Below are positions 13,044 through 28,200 of a DNA stretch of 64,000 nucleotides, piece after piece. Location: positions 1,933,628 to 1,997,627 of the forward strand of contig OZ037771.1 in the NCBI GenBank assembly GCA_964035545.1. Reading direction: 5' to 3'. A program made the position numbers and the translations under genes. This DNA is from Bugula neritina. Taxonomy: Eukaryota > Animalia > Bryozoa. The first letter of the stretch is position 1. The number at the start of each line of letters is the position of its first letter. The notes beneath the pieces are model-generated. The model searched no databases and was not told the origin of the DNA. It was given only the letters and a program-made list of their open reading frames with translations.

Positions 13044-16000
13044 ATGAAGAGTTGCTTAGCATTCGTACTAATAGTCACAGCTTGTTATACAGTATCCATG
13101 GCGCATGGTAACAACAACATCTGTGATGCACTTTCGTTCCCTTACTGCATTAGCAAGGAATTTGATGCCATACCTACATTTCAAATACCCTCCAGCAAGA
13201 GAAATTCTTCTAATATTTTCCTAGCAAATAACAAAATTACTGTGGTAAGATGTGAATTCATTTTATCTCTTTTATCTATTTACTTATATTTAATCTTGTC
13301 TCAGCATATATATACATTGATAAGACTAGTAAAACTATTAAACCTAATCTCTCAAATAATGTGTTCACTAAAGCGCTCAAGAAGTATGCTTGCTTTTCAA
13401 GCTCTTTGAGTAAATGTGAGTAATAGCTTGAATTAAGCCGAATTTTTACGCCAGTAATTCCGATACTAAACCTTTTATCGCTGAGTTGTATAAATGATCA
13501 GCATTTTTATTTTAAAAAGAGATGCTATAATTTTTGCTCCTACCTAATTGGCATTTTCTAGCGTAACTTAGTTGGCCCAAATATAATTTTATAAATATTC
13601 GCCAAGGGCCTAAAGCAGATTAATTTTATCTGACTGTTTCATTACAGATTACCAGCCGATCATTTATAAATCTTGCAGCAGACATAATTACTCTAGATGT
13701 CAGTGGCAACAATGTTCATCTAATTGAAAGAGACGCATTTTCTGGCATAAATCATACTCTTGAAGTGTTACTTCTCCACCATAACCATCTCATCCAGATT
13801 CTCCCTCATTTCTTTAGTAATTTAAGAAAGGTTTGTGAATATAGCATACACGTGCTAATCATGCATACAATGATTGTTTTTCATTTATTGCTCAATTGTT
13901 GATAATAACTATTCAGTATTATAGTTTTTTTATTTATGTTTTAATTTATTTATATCCCCCTGTGTCTGCTGCACTGATACATTCAATTAGCTTTTTGATT
14001 CACCCAATCAGCTTTCTTATACACCTAATCTGCTGTCAGTTACAATAGCATCAGTACCTTATAGTAGAATGTCATTTGGGGGGGGGGGAGGAATTGAGAA
14101 TACATACGTCTCACATTTGTAATCTATTTGAAGAAACCAATTTTCTGATTCTGTAGTTGAGAGTTTTGGACTTGAGCTACAATCAACTGGTATCCCTTGA
14201 CGACGGTCTGGTAGGTCTTAAGTCACTAAATTGGCTGAATTTGGATAGAAACAGGATACAGAGTCTCCCGGACTACTTTATTCTAGAAGATGAAAGCTGT
14301 ACTTCATGCATAGTCACTGGACTAACTGGGGAACTTCAAATCTCTCTCCAGTATAACAGTTTAAGGTGGGTATTGAATACCACTAAACTTGAAGTTATCT
14401 CTACTTTGTGGAAATTCCCATATTTAGGTTTTGGTTGAAATGGCCATTATGTAAAGTCGTAAGGTCTTATCAATAAAAACCTTTTTAGTTGTTAGATAGA
14501 TTCCAATACATCGTTCGGGTGTTGTTAATTATATATTTATTTTTTTTATATATTATGTAACAGAATGTTTCGTGATGTAGCCAGGCTTTGCCATTGATCT
14601 AAACTGTTAAAGCTAAATATAATATATTGCACTCGAACCAGTGCCTTATTCTGTTATATTTCAGATGCTATTTAGCAACTTTAAGAGATACTAAATGTAG
14701 ATGACAGTTTTGTATGGATTGTTTATGCCTAATGACTATCTATGCATGGATTCCTGACTGGATATTTTAGATATATACCTATATGCTCAATAGAGAGACT
14801 GCAGTTTTCTAATCCCCAGTCTACCATCAAGATAATATCTCTGGCTAACAATGCTCTCTACTGTGACTGCATGGACGCTGTCTGGGCTGAGGTGCACTTG
14901 GCTGAAGAGATCAATGGTACAGGAGCGACTCCTACTAAATGCTTTTTCACTCACCTGCTTGATGTTGGAAACATACCTCTCAGGTGATTACATACAGTTG
15001 TATTATACTTCATTAAATTGTATTCAATGGTCAGCTTTAGACTTTGTATTAGAGTCACCTCCTCTATTTCTAAAGCTACTGCATGCAATTCATGATGGAA
15101 AATTGTAGGAAAATTAAAGGTCAAACAGGTCAATGTATATGTATTAATTAATGTATATATTAATCTATAAGTAAGTTCCAAAACATTTATAGAAATCTAT
15201 TAATGTTATTGTTTTGTCAGTAAGCAAATATTTATACTTGGTTAACTAATCAACATGTTATTTGATCAGCTGCAATAATATTCCACATTATATGTAGTTA
15301 GGCAAATATGTGCAATAGTGTATCATATCAATACATTGCTTAGCACTTTTCTAACGCTCATATCTATTATCTTGATGTTACAATGTTGGTTTAATAAATT
15401 TGAGATTTGGTAATTATTTAGGAAGTATTAGAAAACTGTGATGTTTTTATTTTTACTCTTTAGAATGCAATTAAGCTTTGTTTCATTGCAGGGATCACAT
15501 TTTCAAGAGCAAATAATTTATACATGCCTTTCAGCATATAGCTGTTATTAAAGCATGTCATATCTGTCTATATGATTGTCATATAAATACGCTACATCCT
15601 GTTTCCATGTAGTGATTTCCTGTCCCCGCAGCATGGAATATGTCCTCGTGACCTTGACCACATGGAAATGGTTTGTAACGGAGCCCACGTGGATATCATC
15701 CAACTCCCTTCTGCTCTCACGCCAACGCTGAATTTCTCCGTCCAACAGGGGGCTGCAGACGTTACTCACTACAACATAACTTTAAGTAAATGTTATAATT
15801 TTTTAATAGTATACAAATCAGGTTGATTCACACTCTAAAACAATTACACTGTCATGATGAATTTTGTGTTGATTGTAAACTTTAACAATGCAACAGTAAA
15901 AAAGTTGTTCTCAGATATGTTTTGTAGTGTAATTTACTTATTTCTTTTTCTTTATATTTATTTTTGCCTGAATATTGGAGAAACAATTGGCTTTAAGTTT

Positions 16001-18933
16001 TGCAATTTTTTGAAAAAAAACAGTTGTGCTACACATTTTCACTATATTTCAGTGGTCTAATCGTTAACAAATTAATTACCAGTGCCTTTTTCAGTTTTTG
16101 TGATGGCAATTTTCTATTACTATTGCCTACGCAAACTGAGAGATGCTAAGCTGCCTCATTTCCACTTTGTCTCTCAGTTGCACTGGACGGAACAGTTAGA
16201 TATACACAGCCGGTTGAAGCTACAGTCCACAGTTACACCATCCCATCTGCCGTGGGTTTGAGACCGTACACCGATTACACCGTCTGCATTGTACCATACG
16301 CGGACTCTGGACACGGACACCAAGAGTACTATGGGAAGATTTGTGTTCGCTACTCGGCTGGTTTGTTGTAGCAACTGCCACATTTTGTTGTAAAATATTG
16401 GGTTAATAACACTATTATACATATAAATTAAATTAATGAAAAATAATAATATTAACCAATGATATCTTATACTACATTATTATAACACTATGTTTCATAT
16501 ATGTATGTATTTTTTGAAATAATATAAATTTCACAAACTTATTATTCAATTGTATAAAATTTGGCTATGTTTACGTAAAATATGATAAGGAAAAATTTAT
16601 CACAAATTTTATTATACTTTTTTTATTTTTACAATTATACACACACACACGCACACACACACACACGCACTCACGCACACACACTCACACACACACGCAC
16701 ACACACAACACACGCACACACACGCACACACATGACACGCACACACGCGTACACACTAATGTCTATTTTTAATTTGATTGTAGCCTCCAGTACTGGTCCT
16801 GCAGACAAAGCAGTAGATGAGAGGCTCTTTCAGGAATATGTGTACGGCGTGTTAGGATTCTTTATCTTGATTTTGGTGTGTGGATTGGTTTCTACTTACT
16901 TTGTGAAATGTCGGCCAGGTGTAAGTCTTAATATTTACTTTTACTTACATTTACCTTTACTTACATTTACCTTTACTTATGCTTTGGGCTTATTAGTTGC
17001 TTGTAAAATTGCTGAGTAGTTTATATGGAGCATATTTGCAACATATAAATAATAAATTTGCATTGGTAACATGCAAGTTTAATAAAACTTTGTATGAGAA
17101 TTTCGCATGGGTTTCCCGCCAAGCGATGCTATGTTCGCTTAATGAACTTTGTTCTTATTGGACAAAATCCATTTGTATATTTTATATTTAAGTTACATTT
17201 TTAAGTGACTATAATTATAACTCTGCTGAAAAGTCATTCAAGTTGAAAACACAATTTGTACAGTGCAGCAGTAAATAAATGCTCAGATTCTATTGAAAAG
17301 ACAAAGTTTGTCAACTAAGTTACAGATAAGTAATAATAATTTAGGAATTATCTCCCCTTTGCTGAGTATATAATTTATATTATACAGCATATTACTGGAG
17401 AGATAACTTCCACTGCATACCGTTCAAGGCTAAAGCAAGAGCTTGAAGACAGTACACTAAGACGGGACACAATACTGAGCGATAGATCGAAACTTCCTGT
17501 TCGTGGGAGGGCGCCCTCTGGTGAGAATTATATTCTTACTGTACTCCATGTTTTCCCACACTCGAACTTGCATTTTGCATTTCGTTACCGTACTAAATTT
17601 AGTTACTACACTGTATATACTAGCAACAACATATGATTTTCATAGCAGTAATCAGATTGTGATGAATATTTTGGTAAAAAGTCTTTATTTGTATGTCATT
17701 GCTAAGATGTTAATATATTGGTGTTATACGTACGCTGTTGAGTTCAGATTTTGATATTTAGATGCTGACTCCAACTCCATTAGAAAATGTTCAATTATTT
17801 GGTGGTTTGGTTGATGCTACATTTGCTAGTCATTTTGTATCTTCAATCACTTTGGATTTTTACATTTTGTGATGCATATTTCTGTAATTTGTCTATTATT
17901 ATATTGATGTAGTATTTTTTCAATTTTCAGGAGCGTCGAAAAGAGACACTTCAAAACGCATGTTTGAACAGTCTCTCCTGGTTAGCTCAACTGTGAGTTT
18001 CCCATAAGTTTTCTTATGAACTTAGGCTATTTCTATGGTTTGAAATGTTTCACACTTTTCTTGCTATTATTTGCTTATTTTGCCCCCTCATCATAACTAG
18101 CTTCTTATGTCATGTTTTAGCTTACGTGAGCACATAATATTTTATGTTATTTTAGACAAGAATAGTTATCAACACTAACCCATCAAAGAAACGTTATTCT
18201 ATAGCCGCCTCAGGTCGGTGGTTTGTAATTTTTTTGTAAATGTTTAATGAATTTTATAATGAATATATGAATGATTATGTTGAATCTGATGTACTTTATG
18301 TAGTAGGCTAATAGTTACATGTTTTGTTTATTATTTACTTTAATAATATATAAGTTTATATAATGCAACTGAGTTGGTCTTCTTTCTCTTAACTTTGTGT
18401 TTTATGTTTCAGATTTATTTGTGTTTGAATTTTCTGACATGATTAAAATATTTAAATTTCTATGATTTTAAATATGTTATAAAATTTGAAGCAGATAGAT
18501 GTATGAAAGTTTGCCGAGTTATTCTTTGCAATTCATGTTTTTGTTTTTCCCCTTTTTATTAGTTTATAGAAAATTAAATCATTTTAATAGCAAAGTTCAT
18601 GCTTGTAGATTTTGCATGTGTTAACTGTAACTATCTAGGGTATGATAAAACTTCTATATGATTCTCTAATAACACTTTGCAGTGAGAGAAATGACTGAAA
18701 GCACGTCTCATCTAGATATTGAAAATCTAGCAGCATCGTCCGAGACATTTTCCAATGATCTCTCTCTCACTGGTGTCTCTCCGATAGAGATCAATGTCTC
18801 TTTACCAAGTCAAGCTTCTGATGCTGAAGTCAGTCGTGTTACAGACAGAGAAACTGTGAAATTCTCTCAAGCTGATGATGAGAGACACCTTAGTAGATCA
18901 GAGGATGATATGATAAACAAGCTAAAGAGCTGA
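13044..18933 (+). CDS. Single-pass type I membrane protein: signal peptide, LRRs, LRRCT-like cap, FN3 domain, TM helix, Ser/acidic cytoplasmic tail (LRFN/ELFN/FLRT-like architecture)
   Basis: Signal peptide MKSCLAFVLIVTAC. LRRs IFLANNKI, LDVSGNNV, LEVLLLHHNHL, LRVLDLSYNQL, LNWLNLDRNRI. Cap LANNALYCDC. FN3 GLRPYTDYTVCI (~16178-16359). TM YVYGVLGFFILILVCGLVSTYFV (~16783-16920). Last exon 18683-18933. Confidence 0.8.
16638..16756. repeat. Imperfect (CA)n microsatellite
   Basis: Directly visible, just upstream of the TM-exon acceptor. Confidence 0.95.
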
Positions 18934-19223
18934 ATTTCGCTTATCTATATTTTCACTTCAAACAAAATAAATTAGTTTGTACATAATCAAAATGCTACAA
19001 CTCGTTTCTTGCACTTATTATTTTAATAAAGTAGACAATCAACATTAAACAATAAATTGGGGCAATGGAAAACAATTGTAACATATCTTTCATATTGCGA
19101 GTTGTCCTTTCCTAGCGAGCTCAATGTTTTGGGAAAATTTGTCCTTGTTGAGGAACCAAGGGTACCTTTTATCCACTCAGCAAATCATTTATTAGATTTT
19201 ATAAACTTGCGCCACAGCTAAAA

Positions 19224-22200
19224 ATGGCGCCAACTGAAGACGATGCTGAGATTAATGATTCTGGTAAATTATAAATTACTTTTCAAATCTTATAGGTATT
19301 CTCACTAGATACACTTAGCAAATAATAATTGTGAAAAGACTAGGTTTGTTTACATGTTTTCTTTATTCCATCATAAATGTATTCACCTAGTACGTACGTT
19401 TACTTGAGACCAAGTTTTTGTATTTCTTGAACTTGAAGTTATATAGTAAAAGTAAAAGGCTTACAGTTACACAGTTTATTTATTTTTAATTTTATGTTTT
19501 TTATTTATGTAAATATTTAACTTATAGTTTTTAAATTTATATTTCGATTTACTTTAATTTTTAGTTTTAGCCTTTAGACTTGAAGGTTAACTGTTTAAAA
19601 TGTATTCATTTTCACTGTTTTGAGTTTGATTTATTTTATCCTTTTCAGAGTTTGAGGTAAGAACTAGAATCAATGCAACTACAAGTTTGAGTCAATCACT
19701 AAATGTGATAATATATAAATAAATATCTTTGAAACTGTCATTTAATAATTTTTCTTTGTGTTATTTGTACCTCTTAGTCTTACTATTGGGATTTGGGGTT
19801 TTAGGGTATTCTGTGGCTAAGGACAGGTCTCGGAGAAGTAAGAAAGGGAGTAAAGCTAGCGCTAGAGCAGATCTATTGGCAAAAATCAAGAATGCTAAGG
19901 CTACTGGCCAGAAATATGTACCTGAAGTACGTCTTTTCTTGTAAATGTGCTGCTGCCGATAGATGACCTTTGGCTGGACTTGCATCCAGACTTGTGATGA
20001 TATTTCTGCTGCCTTAAACTTGTAGATCGAAAATGTTGTTTCAGTTTATTCAACTACTTATTGTTTGAGTGTCAACTTAGCGAGTTTCAGATTTCGTGTT
20101 ACTGAAGGTTTATCCTGACTTTCTTATAGGATGAGGAAGACGATATTTACGATTTAGTAGATGAGAAAGAGTACACTGATATTGTACGCCAAAGAAAAGA
20201 TGATAAATGGATCGTTGATGGTAAGAAAGTGGTGATTATATACCTGATACAAATTTAATCACCTGTATGTAATCATTGATGGCAAAGAATAATCATTTTC
20301 ATAATAAGTTGTTTAAATATCTTCAATATTCACTCTGTGCTAATAGTGTAAACTCTTCACTCATAGCCCGTGTTTCTTACTGTAGATGGGACAGGCTATG
20401 TAGAAGATGGGAGAGATCTGTTTGATGATGAACACGACGATTATGAGGGTTGTACGCCAAAGAGCAAGTCTAAAGGTTCTCCCGTCATTCCATTGCAATG
20501 AGCTCTAGTCCAGCTATTGTCTATTAGATGATTCTTATAGCTTTAACTTGAAAAAAAAATTTCAGCCATGAATTATTTCTTTTCACTCTCCACGGCCATC
20601 TGCTGTACTCTTACTTCTCATTTTGCTGTCTGAACCCTGATTAGAAAGTAAACCTATTTATTTTTCAGGATCTAAGAAAAAGAACCCTAACATTAGGAAG
20701 CCTGGCGCCGCCCCCAACATATCTTCCATGTTTGCTGCCAGTGCTGCTAAGGCTAAAGTGAAACCAAAACAGGTAATTTAAGATGGTTTCTCTGAGGCAT
20801 AGACTTAGTTCCCACGTATGTTAGATTTTTTTGCTATGAATAGCTGGTGTTTCTGGAAAATCAGCTATATGAAGGTTTAGTTTTCTGGTTAGATGGAGAG
20901 TCAGTTGATAAAGTAATTTAAATACAACTTATTTGCTATATTCCTTAGTGTTGGCAGTGACTTATTTGCTGTTTTTCTTTCACACTGCATATACATACTG
21001 AAAACAGTGCCTATATTCTGAGTGCTGTTTCATTGGTTTTGCTATCCAACTCATGTCTTTTGAAAGATTACAATTTTAACATCTTGTTTGTGGCTGTATC
21101 CACATGAACTTCAGTTAGTTTTACCCTCGCCTTCTAGGATACATCTAAACATGATGACTTACTGGAAGAACTTCTTGCAAGTGCTGACGGTACAGAGACT
21201 ACTGCTGCCACTACCACTTCAACAGCAGTTAGAACAGGGGTCAAAAGGTCAGCATAGTTCTTAGTAGCAGTAAATCCTCTATTAAACAGTCTCTTTCAAA
21301 GTGTCTTTACATTTATGTCTAATATGTATTTATAATATTTATATAATGTTTAGTTCATAACTTTCATTGCTTACAAACTAACTTTGTCTGGGCTGGTAGT
21401 GAATAACAGTATCGTTAGTTGATTGACTTTCAACTGCTAGCAATACATGAAGATGTTCATGTGCACATTTTCAGTGTTACAGCCCCTGACCTCTATGATT
21501 CAACTATATTGTAGAAAGAAGCCGTTACCTTTGTTTTCACGAAAATCGGCCGTGAAACCAAAGGTCAAGGAAGAGCCGGATAGTGGGCACGGCACTGATG
21601 GCCAGGCCTCTGATCATGGTTTGAATGGTTCCCAGGCTATCTCTCAGATGAGTGGTCCGCTGGGTATGTACCTTCTGGTATTCATATATGTGTCTTTTGT
21701 TAGAGGAGTAGTTAGGGTGCTGCACCATTTCTCGGTTCTCATGTTTTTTAGAATTATGCTGTCTTGTCATATTAGAATTCTAAGTGACGTAGTGTTTTGT
21801 ATGCTCTATGGTGTAGAATGATGAAAATTCCCCTCAGGAATTATCAATTATGATAGTGTTCCCTCGTGCAAATGTGTATGTGAGGGTTGAAGGCTTGGAG
21901 CTCTGCAACTTCAATAATATTTAGCAGTTAATTCAAAAAGTTGTTCTGTTTTTGAAAAAAAAAACAATATAATTGAATACTTTTTAAATTTCTGTTACCT
22001 CAAGTTGATTATTTCAAGCTTGTTCATTAGGGTTGTCTTATGCTGTATTTTGTTAGCAAGGTTTTCAACTAAAAGCTGCCCAATGCTTTATAATTATAAA
22101 TTTACTTGGTGTTCATCTAACCTTCATAGATTTAGAAGTGGAAACCTTTGCTTTCATCCTTAAATCCAATAATAACCTGCTTGTTATAGTGGTTCCAGAA

Positions 22201-25200
22201 AGCTATGAGGATGTAGTTATACCGTCCAGTCAGCCATTAGGAGAATCTGTTACATCTAGCCATCCAATCACAAAGTCAGTTACAGACAGTGCAGGAGATT
22301 TGGACATGCAGGTTGATGAGTTTGACGATGACCTCAATGATGATCAGCTGATGGAGATACCGGATACTAAACCAGAGTCAGTCTCTACTATTTCTAGTGG
22401 CTATTTGTAGTTGCTAAAGTTGCTCAGGTTTATATAGTAGTAACTGTAAAAATGTTTGCTAGAATTCAGAACGAAAAGCTTGTCTGAGGGAACGGTTTTT
22501 TCTGTTAATTATCTTTAGCTTTAGGCTCAACATATCAGTAGGAAAAACAATTTTTTTTCTTATCCAAAATCTATCTTAATATCTGAAGTTTTAGCTTGAA
22601 AATTTTGTTTTATCACTGTATGCTCGTTCGCCCTAGATAATTATTTTTTATGTTTTCATTCACCATGCTGTTTTCGTCTTATGTGTGCTAGCGGCCATGT
22701 TTTTGTGGTACGACAGAATAAAAAAGGAAGTGGACATGTCAGCTAGTTGGATGGTCAACGGAGGAGATGAGAAACTTGCCACTGTTGTCACGGCGGAGAC
22801 ATGCTCTGCAGGTGCCCTTCCTACTGTCACCAAAGCCGGCACTCAGGAGCAGGTCTTCCGGTTTTACTGGCTCGACGCGTATGAGGACTACTTCAAACAT
22901 CCAGGTACTCAGGCTACTGGCTAGACTCTGTTCCTAGTATATAGGCTACATACTGTTAGGGGTGGGCATCCCCCACCCTGATGTCTCTTGGATCACCAGT
23001 TTGAGTTAACCGTTTGTCTTCCAGAAATAATACACCGAATAATTATAGAGGTGATATTAGTGCAAAATATTTTTCTTGATAAGTAAAATTTTACATCTTC
23101 TGCTTGATAAATATGGCACTCTATGCTGGGCTATGCTATGCTAAGTACCTTATACCAGGTTACTGTATATTGCTGACTCTCAGGTTGCCATTGGTTAACG
23201 TCAGAATGCTCATGCACTGAATATATATATACTTGATTCACTATCCAGGTACAATCTACCTGTTTGGAAAAACGAAGCACACCTCTGGAGCGTACGTTAG
23301 CTGCTGTGTAGCTGTCAAGAATATCTACAGACAAGTATTTCTTCTGCCTAGACTCAATGTTAGTTGTCTTCTCTTTCTCATTCAATTACAGTATCTACTC
23401 TACACTTAGTAGTAGTTATATTCTCTTTCATTCAGGTTAAGTATCCACTCTACGCTTAGTGTTAGTCATATAGCTAATTTAATCTGTGGTTGGCTATGCA
23501 GTATTTAGTATGCTATAATGGTGACTCAACTTTAACAATGACTTCTAAGCAAAGTCTATGTATTACTCACTTTCAATGCTTGATAATTTAAGTAGAAGTC
23601 ATTGGTAAATATGTTGAATGAAGTAGAAAACAATGCATCAGCTTTGTTGCTGTGTGAAAACTGTCATCTGCATGTCCACCTGCCGTGTGAGAAATCACAG
23701 CCAGCTCACATATTTGGACTGTTTACCTGCCTTCACTACCTGAACAGGTGTATATATTTGCTAGGTAGGTATTATATATATTTTACTGCTATTTTCAGAG
23801 GTATGACTCAAGGTCGAAGGTGATGACGGATGAATCGCTCACATTTCTCGATGTCTACAACGAGTTTAACAACGAAGTCGCTCCGAGATTCAAAATCAAA
23901 AACTACAAGTCTCGGGTACATGCTGCATTTAAATTTGTGGAACACACTCAAAATACTTTTAGCAAAAGATATATAATTGAAATTTTAAATTATAGTTGTT
24001 TCTTTCAGTGTTAACGTGCGTGTACTCTCAATACAACATTTGAGTTCATATTGCTTCGAGTTCAGCGAGTCAAACACTAATGCATTAATCTGACTTGATT
24101 CTTCAACTCTTGCAATTTGTTAACACTTTGCATAACCATTTACCTCTATGTCTTCTCAATTTCATTTAAACTGAACTAAAACCAATTGTCAATTTATTTA
24201 TCTTTTTATATCGTAAGATTATCAGCTACTTTTTATTCACAGACAATTAAACAAATATCAACAATGATCTCTCTTTTGTTTCAGGCGACTGGTAAACAGT
24301 ATTCCTTTGATCTCTCCGATGTGCCGACTAATGCTGAGTACTTAGAGGTCAGGTATGGGGTGAGTATCCTCTTCACTCTAGATCTTAGCCTGTGTTCCTC
24401 TTCACTCTAGATCTTAGCCTGTGTTCCTCTTCACTCTAGTCTTAGCCTGTGTTCCTCTTCACTCTAGATCTTAGCCTGTGTTCCTCTTCACTCTAGATCT
24501 TAGCCTGTGTTCCTCTTCACTCTAGATCTTAGCCTGTGTTCCTCTTCACTCTAGATCTTAGCCTGTGTTCCTCTTCACTCTAGATATTAGCCTGTGTTCC
24601 TCTTCACTCTAGATCTTAGCCTGTGTTCCAACAACCGAGTCTTGGCTAGTAGAGACAGCCCTAGGTTTTAGACTGTGTGCATATTGTGTTTCATGTGGGC
24701 TATAATTTAATGTGGGACACAAAAAACAACAGAGATTTTGATAAGGCTGCGCGTAATGTATCGGTTTTCATTATTCTAGAAAATAGAATTCTGATTTTGC
24801 TTGCATAAATTTCCACTCAAAGACTAGTAATTATTATCATAAACTAAAGTTAATGTGAATATTTTATTTCTATGGTGTGGAAAATTTGAACTGCTGTAGG
24901 TTGATGTATATCTAAATTTTAGAAGCCACTGTTGACTGTGGTGTTGCATACTGTGGCTCATATACCATACTAGAGCTCATAGCCTTCTTGTTATAGATTA
25001 TAACAAGTAAGTTATATAACCCTTACTTGTATATACTATAACCCTAACTATATACAAGTAAGGGTTATAGTATAGGATACCCACTTACTTGTGACGTTAG
25101 AGGTCATTGTGTTATTGTCACAGAGTGTGTTAGAGTTCAAGGTTATGTTACGGTTGCAGAGTGAATATCCTGCCCTGCCTAAAGATCTGTCTGGAGAGAC

Positions 25201-28200
25201 ATTCAGTCACGTGTTTGGCGCCAACAAGTCTAGTTTGGAGTTGTTTCTCTTGGAACAGAAGATACGAGGTCCCTGCTGGCTGGACATCACCGCTCCTCGT
25301 CAGTATCCGCTCTCTTGAGTTTCCTGTTCTATTTGACTCGGTTACATTTTATTAGTGATTTGTTTGAATTCATTCCTAAACTCTCAAGTATGTTTGGTTT
25401 ATATACGCACCAAATACACACACCTGCACACTCATATACACACACACACACACCACCACACATATACACAAGTTACACACATACACACCACATACCAGCA
25501 CATACACAACACTCATACACAATACTCACACACTACACACACACACAGATACACACACTCTTACACACACGCACACACACAGGCACACACACCACATGCA
25601 CACACGCACAAACACACACACAGCACACACTCACACACACGCACGCACTCAGTTTCCTCTGCATTGTGTTGACAGAGTTGAGTAGCCAATCTTTCAGTTG
25701 GTGCAAGCTGGACATTCTGGTGACGGACTTCAAGACAATCTCAGTTGTTGGGGATTCCGAGAGAGCTCCGGCCCCTCCCCTAGTCACCCTTACCATGTGC
25801 GTGAAGTGTGCACACAACTCCAAGTCTAACCAGAATGAGGTCTGTAGGCTATACTGTATGGGAGAAGGGTTTAAATTCTATGCATAGAGATTTGTCTTCG
25901 TAGAATGTATAAAGCATCTGGGAGTGTTATTATAGAATAATTCTGTCATAAAGATATTCAATTAACATCACGTATTCATATGAAGAAGCTGAAAATGGTT
26001 TAAATGGATTCACCTCAGCTGGTGGTTGAAGGCGTGTTTCCATTTTGCAGGTTGTTCAAGTAGCTTGCCTCGTCAACTCAAACTACCGGGTAGATAAACC
26101 AGCTCCAGATAAACTCTTTGAACAGCACTTCCTGGCCGTCACCAAGACGTCTGACCTGGTGTTTCCTCTCGACCTCCAAGACAAGGCGCAGACGGATGGT
26201 AAACACCTCAAGATGGAAGTTCTAGCCTCTGAACGAGCCCTGCTTGGCTTTCTATTGGCTAAGATACATAAATATGACCCGGACATTCTGATTGGTTGGT
26301 ATTTGAGATGTTGATATGCTCTAACAGAGGCCTGGTAGAGTTATTATATGTAGCAATGAATCTAAGAAATATGTAGTGTGTTTTTATTTTTTAATGACCT
26401 TTTTTAGAATTTAGGTAAAATCTTCAACTTTTAGGAGGTCAATTCTGTTAGAACTCAAATGCTGGGTAAATGCTTAGGTTGGTCGTGCGTATTGAATGCA
26501 TCTTACTGTTACTATTTTATTTCTTAGTTATCAACAGTTTCAAAACAATGCTGTACTGTCTCAGCTCAGTGAGTGTTTGTCTGCATTATTTCATGCTTCT
26601 ATGATGTGTTTTCTCTCAGGTCATGACATTAGTAACTTTGAGCTGGACTTCCTGTTGACGCGTGTAGCGGCCAATAAAGTACCTCACTGGCACAAGATCA
26701 GCAGACTCAAGAGATCCGGAGACGTCCCTCGCAAATCGGTAAGTGATTTCACTCGGACTACAAGTATTTTTGTATTCCACCTTTACTTTGTGGTTGAAAT
26801 CCACCTCTCAGTATAGAATGTATCAGATAAAGTCAACGAAGCTAGATTATACCTCTTTTCATGATATCATATGTTCTCTCTAGGTATTTCCTGTGTAGTT
26901 TGCTGTGATATTATGTTTCTCCAAGTAACTGTCACTTCTTCCTGCAGATGGGTAAGTCATCGCAGATTGACAGAAGCGCCGTGTGCGGTCGTATCGTCTG
27001 CGACACCATGATCTCTGCCAGAGAGCTCATTAGAGCCAAGAGTTATGACCTCACGGTGCTGGTGCAGCAACTCCTTCAACAGAGTCGGGTGGAACTGGAT
27101 ATGGAGGAGCTGAAGGCAGCTTACAGGTGAGTCGTTGAGTGAGCAGAGGGGTAGTAACTAGCATGTGTAATAAATCAGTGTTCACATTAAAAAATGATAA
27201 CTGTAATAAAAATCAGATATGTAGGAAATAGAGGGGTAGTAACTATCCTTGAAGGGCATCAATGCCTTGACTCGGTTACTAAAAAAAGAAATTTGCCAAT
27301 TCTTTGTTATCTACTCAGTTACTCTAGAAATTCAAGTATTGTTTTATCATTGGATATAAAGTGTCCTTGACTCGGCTGATATGTGTAGCCTGTGTTCCTT
27401 GTAGCACAACTGGAGATCTTCTGAGGGTGGCCAACCTCACCATCCAAGACGCATTCTACGCTCACAAGTTAATGTTTGAGTTGAATATTCTACCTCTGGC
27501 CTGGCAAATAACGACCATTTGTGGAAATGTTTTGGTTAGTAGTTTGTATAACTTGTTTTAGTATAACATGTTTTATGGTATAGCATAGCATGGTGTAGCA
27601 TGGCTTATTATAGCATAGAATGATGTAGATTAAAATAGTCTGGTTTAACATAATATAAAATTGCAGAGGATATGCATTATGTTCACATTGCTCTATATGA
27701 GTATATTGCCCATATATTCAAAGTGTAGTGAAACTGGTCTATATATTTACTTGTTTCAATGTCTGCGTGTGTCATTTCCCTACTCAATCAAACTGTCAAT
27801 TTGACACACACTCAATAAAGTCTCTTCAATATGCACAGTCCTACCAGATCCCTTGTTTTGACCTGCCGGTTACTCAGCTGTGTGTGCTGGTATGGTTTAT
27901 ATTCCTATTGATGAGATACGCAACAGATGGGGGAATTATCTTCCCCCGTATCATGTTGTAGTCGAGAACCCTGCTAGGCGGTCGATCAGAGAGGAACGAG
28001 TACCTGCTACTACATGCCTTCACAGACAAGGGGTATATCGTACCTGACAAAACTTACGCCTCTAGTAAGAATAAGGTAAGTACAGTCTAGTTTGTGATAT
28101 ACTAAGATATTCCTAAAGCTACCAAGCAAACCATGGCAGGATCTTGCGTTGTGTTTTGATTCAGGAAATCTGTGCTATGTGTTGCTGTAGATGCCCATTC

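Noticed and set aside
21819-21890. Possible intronic C/D snoRNA (ATGATGA)
   Set aside because: No suitably placed D box or terminal stem
24367-24628. CRISPR-like ~30-bp repeats
   Set aside because: Head-to-tail units without spacers, eukaryotic context, no cas genes
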